64,000 nt of DNA, from the NCBI GenBank assembly GCA_963777975.1, contig CAVZSO010000009.1:193049-257048 (forward strand). Reading direction: 5' to 3'. This DNA is from an uncultured Chloroflexia bacterium (GTDB taxonomy: Bacteria > Chloroflexota > Limnocylindria > Limnocylindrales > CSP1-4). The notes beneath the pieces were generated by a model. That model worked only from the letters and a program-made list of their open reading frames with translations, searched no databases and was not told the DNA's origin. Position 1 is the stretch's first letter; every line of letters starts with the position of its first letter. Below are positions 51,471 through 61,411 of this stretch, piece after piece. The position numbers and the translations under genes were made by a program.

Positions 51471-51505
51471 ACCGTACGCCGAAGAGAGCACGAAGGAGAA
51501 CGAGG

Positions 51506-51808
51506 ATGCCGAGGATGATGCGCCGCATCGGGCGGGCTGCCGTGGTCACGGCGGTGATCGCCGGCACGGCTGGCGCCGTCCACCACCACCAGGAGCAGAA
51601 GTACGCCAACCAGGCCGCGCAGCAGCAGCAGGCGGCGTACGACCAGCAGATGGCCGCGCAACCGGCTCCCGCCCCTGCGGCCGCTCCCGCGGCGCCCGCG
51701 GTCGATCCCCAGACTGCGCAGCTGGAGAACCTGGCCAACCTGCACGCCCAGGGCATCCTGACCGACGACGAGTACGCGGCCGCCAAGGCCAAGGCGCTCG
51801 GCATCTGA
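51506..51808 (+). CDS. SHOCT domain protein
   Basis: AVIAGTAGAV, Gln/Ala/Pro linker, QLENLANLHAQGILTDDEYAAAKAKAL. Confidence 0.88.
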   Translation: MPRMMRRIGRAAVVTAVIAGTAGAVHHHQEQKYANQAAQQQQAAYDQQMAAQPAPAPAAAPAAPAVDPQTAQLENLANLHAQGILTDDEYAAAKAKALGI

Positions 51809-51845
51809 CGTGGGAAGGTGACCTGCGTCACCGCAACCTGACTCG

Positions 51846-51875
51846 ACGACCCGGTCCATCAAGACCGGGTCGTTT
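51846..51875 (+). terminator. Putative intrinsic terminator
   Basis: ACGACCCGGTC-CATCAA-GACCGGGTCGT stem followed by TTCGATT. Confidence 0.65.
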
Positions 51876-51990
51876 CGATTCCTCGGCGGATCTCCCCGTC
51901 GCGCGGTCCGGTCGCACATCGGCCTCGTCGGTCGGGCTATCGTGGCAGAACGCCCTGAGGCGTCATCGCCGAGTGCGGCAGGAGGGATGA

Positions 51991-52804
51991 ATGAGCACCC
52001 AGACCGCCGTCCTCAAGCAGCACAGCAGCTCCTACGACATCTTCATCCTCGTCCTGACCATCATGTCGCTGGCGGTGATGGTCCTGCTCCTGCTGCCCCT
52101 CAGGCGAGACGCTGCATCTCCTGCGCTTCTACGACAACGCGGTCTGCGTCGTCTTCCTGATCGACTTCTTCGGCAACCTCGCTGGCGCACATCCCAAGAA
52201 TGCCTATCTCGTCGGCCGGCGCGGCTGGCTCGACCTCCTGGGCTCCATCCCGAGCTTCGGGCTCTTCCCGTCGTTCGGCCTGCTGCGCCTGTTCCGCCTC
52301 AGTCGGCTGGCACGTGTCAGCAGGATGCTCCGCGGCCAGGCGCGTGAGCGGCTGATCAAGGATGTGATCGACAATCGTGGGCAGTACGCGATCTTCATCA
52401 CCATCCTGGCGGCATTCATCGTGCTCTCCGTGTCCACGGTCCTCGTGCTGCAGTTCGAGAGCAAGTCGCCAGACGCCAACATCACGACCGGCGGCGATGC
52501 ACTCTGGTGGGGGCTGGTGACCATCACGACGGTCGGCTATGGGGACTACTTCCCGGTCACCGCCCTCGGGCGGATGACTGGCGTCTTCGTCATGTTCGCG
52601 GGCGTCGGGATCATCGGCAGCCTCGCCAGCATCCTGGCCAGCGTCCTCGTGCCGCCGCCGAAGGAGCAGGTCGAGACGACCGCCGAGTCGCCTCCGACTG
52701 CCGGAGCGAATGACGCTGTCGCAACGCAGCTCGACAACATCCGGGCGGAGCTCGCCGCCCTTCGCGAGTCCCTGGCGGACCGACCGTCTGCCTCGTCGGA
52801 CTGA
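51991..52804 (+). CDS. 6-TM voltage-gated-type potassium channel, frameshift at ~52100
   Basis: S4 LLRLFRLSRLARVSR; pore ALWWGLVTITTVGYGD; C-terminal coiled coil. Confidence 0.88.
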
Positions 52805-52859
52805 GATGGCGACGAGGGACGATGTCTGGCCGGGCCCCGCGAGAGGTAGGGTTCCGGCG

Positions 52860-54479
52860 ATGACCGAGAGCGGCACCGCGACGACCGAGAGCACCGCGCC
52901 GCCGAACGCAAAGATCGTCCTCGGCTCGCTCATCCTTGTGGCGGCTGTCGCGAACCTGAACCTGTCGGTGGCCAACGTCGCCCTGCCGTCCATCGGGGCG
53001 TCGTTCGATTCGTCCCAGACGACGCTCGACCTGATCGCCGTCGGCTACTCGCTTGGCCTCGCTGCGTCCGTACTCTGGTTCGGAGCGCTGGGCGATCGGT
53101 ACGGACGGAAGTTGATGATCGTCCTGGGGATGCTCATCACGATCCCCGCCTCACTCGTCGCGGCGCTCGCCCCGACCGATACGGTCCTGTTCGGCGCGCG
53201 GGTCGTCGGTGGCCTGGCCGCGGGTATGGCCTATCCGACGACGCTGGCGCTGATCACCGCGCTCTGGTCAGGGCCGGCGCGCACACGCTCGATCGCGATG
53301 TGGTCTGCCCTTGGCGGCGGGGTCGCGATGCTCGGCCCGCTCGTCTCGGGCTTCCTGCTCGAGTCGTTCGTCTGGGGTTCGGTCTTCCTGGTGACCCTCC
53401 CGCTCGCGGTCCTGGCCCTGTATCTGGCCAATAAGCACGTGCCTGCCCACGTGAACGAGGCGACACAGCCGGTCGACAACCTCGGTGGCGTCCTTTCGGC
53501 GGTGATGATCGGCGCGTTGATCCTGGGCCTCAACTTCATCGCCGTGCCCAGCCTGCAGCAGATCGCCGTCGGCCTGTTCATCGTGGCCGGCGGGGGGTTG
53601 GTCCTGTTCATCCTCCGGCAGCGACGAGCCAGGAATGCGCTCTACGATCTCAAGGTCGCGGCTCGACGGACCTTCTGGGTGGCGGCCACGGCGGGCATCA
53701 TCGTCTTCGGCTCGCTGATGGGTGTCGCCTTCATCAACCAGCAGTACCTGCAGAACGTGCTCGGCTACAGCACGCTCCAGGCTGGCGCCGCGATCCTGCC
53801 GGCGGTCTTCTTCATGGTGCTGGTGGCGCCACGCTCGGCAAAGCTCGTCCAGGAGCGCGGGTCTCGCGCCACGCTGCTGCTGGGGCAGGTGGTCCTGGCG
53901 CTCGCGTTCGTCGGCATGCTTGCTCCTGTGGGGTGAGGGCACGAACTACCTGTTCGTCGCCATCCCCCTCGCGCTCATGGGCATCGGCGTCGGACCTGGC
54001 AGGTACGCCGTCGTCCAACTCCCTCACCGGGCTCGGTCCCAGTGCGGCGGGTGGGCATGGCGTCGGGCACGGCCGACCTGCAGCGCGACCTCGGCGGCGC
54101 ATTGATGACTTCGATCTTCGGCGCCCTGCTCACGGCCGGCTACGCGGCCGCGATGGGCACCGCCATCGCGGACTCCGGGCAGGACATCACGGCCACGACA
54201 CAGAGCGAGCTCCAACTCTCGTACTCCAGCGCGGAAGACATGAGCGCTCAGTACCCGCAATACGCCGATCAGATCACCGCCGCGGCCCAGCAGTCTTTCC
54301 TGGATGGCGATCAGCTGGCCTACATGGCGGGGCTTGGAGCGGTCGTGCTGGGCCTCGGGCTGACGTTCTTCCTCTTCCCGAAGAAGGAGGATGAGGCCCG
54401 GCTGCACGCCGAGTTCCAGGCGGAAGATGAGCGCCCAACGGCCGCCAGCGGCCATCCCCCTGTGGCCGCTCGGGCCTGA
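52860..54479 (+). CDS. MFS transporter (DHA2, 14-TM), frameshifts at ~53920-54040
   Basis: ANVALPSI, GALGDRYGRK, WGSVFLV, ASGTADLQRDLGG. Confidence 0.85.
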
Positions 54480-54648
54480 CATCGGAGCGCACCGACAGCC
54501 GTCACCTCATCCGGTAGCCGGCCGGAAGGCAAGACCGTCTCCATTCCGCTCCACGAAGACCTGTCCCGTGGCACCATTGGGGGTCGAGGGACACCTCCGG
54601 ATGTCGGGGACCTCAGCCCCCGCCCAGACACAGGCGATGGAGGGCATC

Positions 54649-55107
54649 GTGGCTAGCACGAAGAGCGACAAGGTCCACCAGGCTGACGGACCTGCTGTCG
54701 ATGCAGCGGGGTCCGAGGTGGCCTCCGACTCAGCACACGCCGAGGGCCCGACCCTTGATCCGACGCCAGAGGAGATCGAGGCGTGGGCTGAACGCGAGCG
54801 GAAGCGGCGTGAGGAGTGGCTGCAAGGCCCGGACGAGGACGAGCGGGCGGCCTTCGCGCGCCGGGTACGGCAACGCCGGATCGCGCGGCTGTACCGGGAT
54901 CCTGGGGAGATCGATGCGTTCGAGCTGGCCCGTGAGATGGCGCGCTATCCGCGTGAGGCACAGCTCGCCGCCGAGGGCGCCATGAGCCTCCTCTGGCGAT
55001 GGTATCGACACCGCATGGCCGAATTCGTCGAAGCGGGGCGCGAGTGGGAGGAAGGGTCAGCCAAGCCGGCGCGGCGTCGCCGGGTCCGACTCGACGACGA
55101 CAGTTAG
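54649..55107 (+). CDS. Hypothetical charged helical protein
   Basis: RBS GGAGG before GTG; LDPTPEEIEAWAERERKRREEWLQGP... Confidence 0.65.
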   Translation: MASTKSDKVHQADGPAVDAAGSEVASDSAHAEGPTLDPTPEEIEAWAERERKRREEWLQGPDEDERAAFARRVRQRRIARLYRDPGEIDAFELAREMARYPREAQLAAEGAMSLLWRWYRHRMAEFVEAGREWEEGSAKPARRRRVRLDDDS

Positions 55108-55180
55108 CCAGGTCGCTGATGCTACCCCGCAGGCTCGTTGAGCACGGGCCTGGCCGGGGCCCGGTTGCCATGGCCCTCCG

Positions 55181-56869
55181 ATGATCAGCCTGCTGCGGCA
55201 CCCGGGTCGTGCCTGGCAGGTGCTCAGGGTCTTCGCCCGCCTCCTGCTCTTCCCATCGCAGCGGCGGCAGCAACCTCGCCCGGCCCGCCTGCGGATGGCG
55301 TTCGAGGAGCTCGGCGGCGCCTGGGTGAAGTTCGGCCAGATGCTGGCGATGCGCTTCGACCTCCTGCCGGCGGCGTACTGCGACGAGCTGTTCAAGCTGC
55401 TCAACCAGGTCCGTCCATTCCCCTACGCGCAGGTGCGGGACATCGTCGACCACGAACTCGGCGCGCCGCCCGAGATCGTGTTCGGGACGTTCGAGAGCGA
55501 GTCGTTCGCCGCCGCCTCGATCGGCCAGGTGCATCGCGCGACGCTGCTGGATGGCACCCGCGTCGCCGTCAAGGTCCAGCGTCCGGACATCCGGGAGACG
55601 ATGCAGTCGGACATCGATCTCATGTACTCGCTCTCGTGGTTCGTCGACCGGACCAGGTTGTTCGGCGCCACGCGCGCACGCGACGTCATCGATGAGTTCG
55701 CACGTTGGACGACCGACGAGCTCGACTACCTGGTCGAGGCCCGACAGGCGACGCTTCTCTATGAGCACGCGCGCGGCGATCGCCACGAGCGCATCGCGCG
55801 CGTCTATCGGGACTTCACGACGTCACGCGTCCTGACCACCGAGCTGATCGAGGGCGTGCCGCTCATCGAGATCATGTCCGCCAAGCGTGACGGCGATGCG
55901 GCGTATTTCGATGACCTGGCCGCGGAGGGCTACGACCTCGACCGGGTCGTCCGTCGCCTGGACTGGAACATGCTCAACCAGGTCTACGTGCTCGGCTACT
56001 TCCACGCCGACCTGCATCCGGCCAACCTCTACGTCCTGCCCGGAAACGGCATCGGTTACGTCGATTACGGGCAGGTCGGCCATCTGCCCGAACGCGTCCG
56101 TGAGTCGATGACCTTCTACGCGTCCCTGCTCTTCCGCGGCGAAGTCGAAGGTGCCATCAGTGAGCTCATGCGCTGGTTGGTGCCGACCGTGGGTACGGAT
56201 CCATCTGCCGCCCGTCGGCAGCTCACACGGGCCCACGAAGCGTTCCTCTATGGCGCCTCCACCTATGTCCGGGCGGCGACCGGGACCGGCCGCCGCGACC
56301 CCACGGCCATCAATCCGTACTCCAAGCTGGCGGTCGACATCATGGGCATCATCCGGGACACCGAGCTCGAGATGAGCCAGAGTCTGGTCGCCTACTTCAA
56401 GATGCTCGTCACGCTCGGCACCTTGCGGCATGAGCTGGCCGTCGACTACGACTTGCCCGCCACGGCACGGCGCTTCTTCAGCCGTCTCATGCGCCAGCAG
56501 GCGCTGTCGATGCTCGACGTGCGGCTGACGGCGGACCGGATGTACGCGGGCCTCTTTCGGCTCCGGCGTGGCATCGAGTTCCTGGAGTTCATCGAAACCC
56601 AGCAACCGGCCATCACGGCAGGCGTCGATTTGCTGTTCGGGATCCGCCGCCGGGCGCGAGCCGTGGGACGGAGGCTGGTCGGTCTCGGGGCGGCCATCCT
56701 GATCGTTGGCGGTGCCCTGTACCTCGTTCTGGCTGCGCCCGACGATACCCGCCGCATCCTGCCCGACGGGGTGTCCTACGATTCAGTCCACGCTGGGTTG
56801 CTGGTCACGGTCATCGCCCTCGTGGGTGCGCTCATCTGGCAGCTGCGACAGTTCGGCCGAGGTGGTTGA
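55181..56869 (+). CDS. ABC1/UbiB (AarF) family atypical kinase with C-terminal TM helices
   Basis: ELGGAWVKFGQ, AAASIGQVHRA, VAVKVQRP, FHADLHPAN, DYG. Confidence 0.92.
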   Translation: MISLLRHPGRAWQVLRVFARLLLFPSQRRQQPRPARLRMAFEELGGAWVKFGQMLAMRFDLLPAAYCDELFKLLNQVRPFPYAQVRDIVDHELGAPPEIVFGTFESESFAAASIGQVHRATLLDGTRVAVKVQRPDIRETMQSDIDLMYSLSWFVDRTRLFGATRARDVIDEFARWTTDELDYLVEARQATLLYEHARGDRHERIARVYRDFTTSRVLTTELIEGVPLIEIMSAKRDGDAAYFDDLAAEGYDLDRVVRRLDWNMLNQVYVLGYFHADLHPANLYVLPGNGIGYVDYGQVGHLPERVRESMTFYASLLFRGEVEGAISELMRWLVPTVGTDPSAARRQLTRAHEAFLYGASTYVRAATGTGRRDPTAINPYSKLAVDIMGIIRDTELEMSQSLVAYFKMLVTLGTLRHELAVDYDLPATARRFFSRLMRQQALSMLDVRLTADRMYAGLFRLRRGIEFLEFIETQQPAITAGVDLLFGIRRRARAVGRRLVGLGAAILIVGGALYLVLAAPDDTRRILPDGVSYDSVHAGLLVTVIALVGALIWQLRQFGRGG

Positions 56870-56992
56870 CGCAGGCTGCCACGGCACAAGCACTGCCGCC
56901 CCTGGATAGCCGCATCTCCTGCTTCGCCACGCGACGGCATCATCGTCTCCGCGGACCGTCCGCGACCTGCCCCGCAGCCATAAGATGCGTCG

Positions 56993-57744
56993 ATGACGAC
57001 CTCAAGCGCCAGGCGTGCGGGCGACCGCCGCACGCGGCCAGTTCCAACAGCCGGATGAGTACGGGCTCGCCCTCGTCCTGATCCTGGCCACCATCGTGAC
57101 CGTCGCCATCGCCGGTGGTCGGCCGATCGGCCAGCTGTTCGCCGCCGCACTCAGCGGAGGCACGCTGCTGTTCATCCTGCATACGTCGCAGGCGCCACGT
57201 CGGACAGTCCGGGTCGCGACGGTCGTCGTCGATCCTGGCGCTGGCAAGCACGACCCTCGGCATCGTGGCGCAGAACGGGTTCGTGGACGGCACGGCCTAC
57301 GGCCTGATGATCGCCTTCATCGCCGTCGTCTCGCCGATCATCATCGCCAGCCGGATCATCCGACACGAGACGATCACCCTGCGCACGGTCGCCGGCGCGC
57401 TCTGCTTGTACCTGTTGATCGGCCTCTTCTTCGCGACGGTCTACGGGCTCTTGTCACAGGTGCAAGACGGCGGGTTCTTCGTCCAGACCGACCACCCGGA
57501 CTCGACCGACTTCATCTACTTCAGCTTCATCACGCTGACCACGACGGGCTACGGCGACTTCACGGCGGCGTATCCCTTGGGCCGGATGCTGGCGGTGACC
57601 GAAGCCCTCTTCGGCCAGCTCTACCTGGTCTCGGCGGTCGCGCTCCTGATCGCCAATATCGGCCGCAGCCGCCACGAGGAGCGCGGCTCAGTACCGGACG
57701 TGCTGGAGGAGATCGGCGCGCTGGCCGACCCTCCACCGAGGTGA
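56993..57744 (+). CDS. Potassium channel family protein (Ion_trans_2), frameshifted; start approximate
   Basis: GALCLYLLIG, YFSFITLTTTGYGD, EALFGQLYL; N-terminal TMs in the 57015 frame, shift at ~57230. Confidence 0.8.
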
Positions 57745-57881
57745 TCCGCCGACCGACCGCTGACCTGCCGGCCGACCGGTCCGTTGCTGGCGACGTCGGT
57801 GCGTCCGGCGGCGCGCCCGCGACGCCGTTATGCTCGCCGTTCGCGCTGGTCAACACCGGCGGTGAAGAGGCAGGGATCAGG

Positions 57882-60162
57882 ATGGGTTACCTCCGACGGA
57901 TGGGGGACTTCTACCGCCTGCAGCTCAGGCTGATCTGGCATTGGCGGGCGGGCCCTCGCGCCCTCATCAAGCGGGCCATCGCCGCGTTCCTGATCAGCCT
58001 CGTCTCGCTCGTCCTCACCGCCTGGCTGATGCCGGACCGGTTGATCATCGACTCGTGGTGGGGCGCCCTGGCGGCCGTCATCTTCCTGTCCGTCCTCAAC
58101 CTGCTCGTCCGGCCACTGATCCTGGCGACGGTCGCCGGACGATCCGTCATCGCCCTTGGCTTGCTGACGCTCGCCTTCCAGGTCGTTGCCGTCCTGCTGC
58201 TCGACCCCTTCGTGCCCGACGTCTCGCTGGGAGGCACCGTCGGTTCCGGCGGCATCCTGGATGCGGTCCTCGTCTCGTTCGTCTTCGGGTTCTTCATGAC
58301 CGCGTTGAGCGCGGCGCTTGCCGTCGGCGAGGACGAGTCGTACTACGGCGCCCTGGTCCGTGCGCTCGCCGCCGAGACGTTCGAAGTGATCCACACGGAC
58401 GAGCCCGGGCTTGTCATCCTGCAGGCCGACGGCCTCTCGCACGACGTCATGACGCACGCGATACGAGCCGGGCGCGTGCCGGTGATGTCGCGTTGGCTGC
58501 GTGACGGCAGCCACAAGCTCGGGCATTGGACCGCGCTGCTGCCGTCGACGACGCCGGCCAGCCAGGCCGGCATCCTGCATGGCAACAACGACGGCATCCC
58601 CAATTTCCGCTGGTACGAGAAAGAGACCGGGCAGATGCTGGTCGCCAATCACCCAGAGGACGCGACGATCATCGAGTCGCGGATCACCAACGGCGAGGGC
58701 CTGCTGAGCCCGGGTGGCGCCAGCGTCGGCAACCTGTTCACCGGTGACGCGCCCCGCACCTTCATGGTCATGTCGCGGATCAAGTCCAAGGAAGGCGGCC
58801 TGGGCGAGAGCCAGGCCTTCGCGACCTTCTTCGTCAGTCCATACAACTACATCAACATGATCGGCCGCTACCTGGCGGAGGTCATCAAGGAGAACATCCA
58901 GTCGAGGCGCCAACGGCGCGCGGGGATCGTGCCGCGCATGCATCGGGGGTTCCCTTACCCATGGGTGCGAGCCGCTACGAATGTGGCCTTGCGAGCGCTC
59001 GGCACCACGCTCGTGACGCAGGAGATGTGGCGTGGCACACCCGTCATCTACCTCGATTACACCGACTACGATGAGATCGCCCACCACAGCGGGCCGGAGC
59101 GGCCCGAGTCGCTCGACGCGCTCGACGGCGTCGATCGCGAGATCGGCGTCCTCGAGAAGGTCGCCGCCAACGCCCCGCGTCCGTATCGCTTCGTCATCCT
59201 CGCCGACCACGGCCAGAGCCTTGGCAGGACCTTCCTCCAGCGCTACGGCGTCACGCTCCAGGACGTCGTGCGGTCCCTGATGGGGGGCTCGGTGTCGGTC
59301 GAAGCCGCCACGGCGCAAGTCGAGGACTGGGGCCAGATCAACGCATTCCTGACCCAGGTCAACACGACCAAGGGCGTGACCGGTGCCATCAGCCGCGCTG
59401 CGACACGAAACCGCGCCAAGGATGGCGTCGTGGACATGGGCTCCCAGCACACCGCGGTGGAGATCACCGGTGCGGGCGAGCCGACCGGCAAGCGGGATGA
59501 AGAGGGCAAGACGGCCGACGCTGGGACCGGCGCAGCCACGGACGACGCCGCCGCCGCACCAGCCGAGCTGGTCGTCGTCGCCGGTGGCAACCTGGCCCTC
59601 ATCTACTTCACCGCTCGCACGACCCGCCTGACCCTGGAGGAGATCGACGAGCTCTATCCCGAGCTCGTCGAGGCCCTGACCAACCATCCCGGCATCGGCG
59701 TGCTCATGGTCCGTTCGCGAGACCACGGCCTGCTCCTGGTCGGTAAGCACGGCATCAACTACGTCGACGAAGGCCGCGTCGAGGGCGACGATCCGATGGC
59801 GCCGTACGGCGAGTTGGGCATCGCTGGCTTCAAGCGCCTCGATGAGATCGCGCACGTCGGAGATCTGGCGGTCATCAGCCTGTTCAGCGAGGAGACCGGC
59901 GAGATCGCCGCCTTCGAGGAGCTCATCGGCGCACACGGCGGCCTGGGTGGGCCGCAGACGAAGCCGTTCCTGCTCTATCCGGCGGACTGGGAGCTGGATC
60001 TGGCGCCCGCTGATCGGCGCGCCGATGGTCTATCAGCAGCTACGGCGCTGGATGGAGGGCGAGCTCGGGTTCGTCTTCGGCCCGCAGGTCGCGACGACGC
60101 CGGCGAGCACACCGACGCCGGCAGCCGTGACGGGAGCCGCTGCCGACGGGGCCGCCTCCTAA
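57882..60162 (+). CDS. 4-TM holin-like (Phage_holin_4_2-like) domain fused to an alkaline phosphatase/nucleotide pyrophosphatase domain; frameshift at ~60008
   Basis: N-terminus ALAAVIFLSVLNLLVRPLI; AlkP motifs LQADGL, PSTTPASQ, DYDEIAHH, LADHGQ, GAHGG. Confidence 0.85.
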
Positions 60163-60343
60163 GCGGGCAGATCGCATGCATCGGCCACCTCAGCCGCATC
60201 GGCTACCGTCCGGGCCTCGATGATCAGGTCCAGATGGTCCCGGGCCGCTCGGAGCGTGCGCAGGACATGCGCCTGCGTTAGGCTCGTACGCCCAACCGAC
60301 TCCGACCCGCCGCACGCGCTGTCCCAGCCCGAGGAGGCCCGCC

Positions 60344-61354
60344 ATGGACTTGCAGCCCAAGCTGATCCGCCAGGTCGCGGAGGGGCTCCGCGTCGAGCCG
60401 GGGCGGAAGGTCCGTCTCGCCCGCGACTTCGACCCTGCCTTCAGGTTCCGGGCAGATCCGGTCGGCAAGGCACAGCTGAAGCAGCTCCTGGCGCAGGGCA
60501 TCGAGCTGCTGGCCGAGTATCAGATGCGACTGGCTGCCCAGGACACCCATGGCGTGGTCGTCGTCCTCCAGGCGATGGATGCGGCAGGCAAGGACGGCAC
60601 CATCCGGCACGTGATGAGTGGCGTCAATCCGCAGGGCGTCGAGGTCCGAAGCTTCAAGATCCCGTCGTCGGAAGAGCTCAACCACGACTACCTCTGGCGC
60701 TACCAGCGGCGCCTGCCCGAGCGTGGCCACATCGGCATCTTCAACCGCTCGCACTACGAGGAGGTCCTCGTCGTGCGCGTCCATCCGCAGATCCTGCAGG
60801 GCCAGAAGCTGCCCCCCTCGGCCAGGCGCGGCGACGTCTGGAAGCGGCGCTACCGGGAGATCAACGACTGGGAGCGCTACCTGACCGACAACGGCTTTCG
60901 CTTCGTCAAGATCTTCCTGAACCTCAGTCGGGAGGAGCAGCGCCGTCGGTTCCTGGCCCGCATCGACGTGCCCGAGAAGAACTGGAAGTTCTCCGCCAAC
61001 GATGCCAAGGAGCGCGTCCGCTGGGACGACTACCAGCGAGCGTTCAGCGACGTGCTCAGCAACACCAGCACCGAGTGGGCGCCGTGGCATGTCATCCCCG
61101 CCGACGACAAGCCGTTCGCCCGGGTCGCCGCCGCCGCGGTGCTCGCCGACACCCTCATCGACATCGACCCGAGGTACCCGAAGGTCTCGACGGACGCCAT
61201 GGAGGCGCTGCAGGCTGCCAAAGTCGAGTTGGAGGCCCAAGCGGCGGAGGGCATCGCGCCGGATCCGATCGAGATCGAACTGGCTGCGGCAAAGGCCAAG
61301 AAGGGGGCAAAGAAGGGGGCAAAGAAGGCGGCCAAGGGCGAGGATCAGTCGTAG
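60344..61354 (+). CDS. ppk2: Polyphosphate kinase 2 family (class III-like polyP:nucleotide phosphotransferase)
   Basis: QAMDAAGKDG, NPQG, FNRSHYEEV, KNWKFS, APWHVIPADDK. Confidence 0.92.
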   Translation: MDLQPKLIRQVAEGLRVEPGRKVRLARDFDPAFRFRADPVGKAQLKQLLAQGIELLAEYQMRLAAQDTHGVVVVLQAMDAAGKDGTIRHVMSGVNPQGVEVRSFKIPSSEELNHDYLWRYQRRLPERGHIGIFNRSHYEEVLVVRVHPQILQGQKLPPSARRGDVWKRRYREINDWERYLTDNGFRFVKIFLNLSREEQRRRFLARIDVPEKNWKFSANDAKERVRWDDYQRAFSDVLSNTSTEWAPWHVIPADDKPFARVAAAAVLADTLIDIDPRYPKVSTDAMEALQAAKVELEAQAAEGIAPDPIEIELAAAKAKKGAKKGAKKAAKGEDQS

Positions 61355-61411
61355 GACAAGGGCAGCCGAGCGGCCTCGCCACCGAGCCACATCGAGGAAG
61401 GGATCCAGGTC

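Noticed and set aside
57882-58330. Holin as evidence of a prophage
   Set aside because: There is no endolysin, integrase, structural or replication gene nearby, and the domain is fused to a cellular enzyme.
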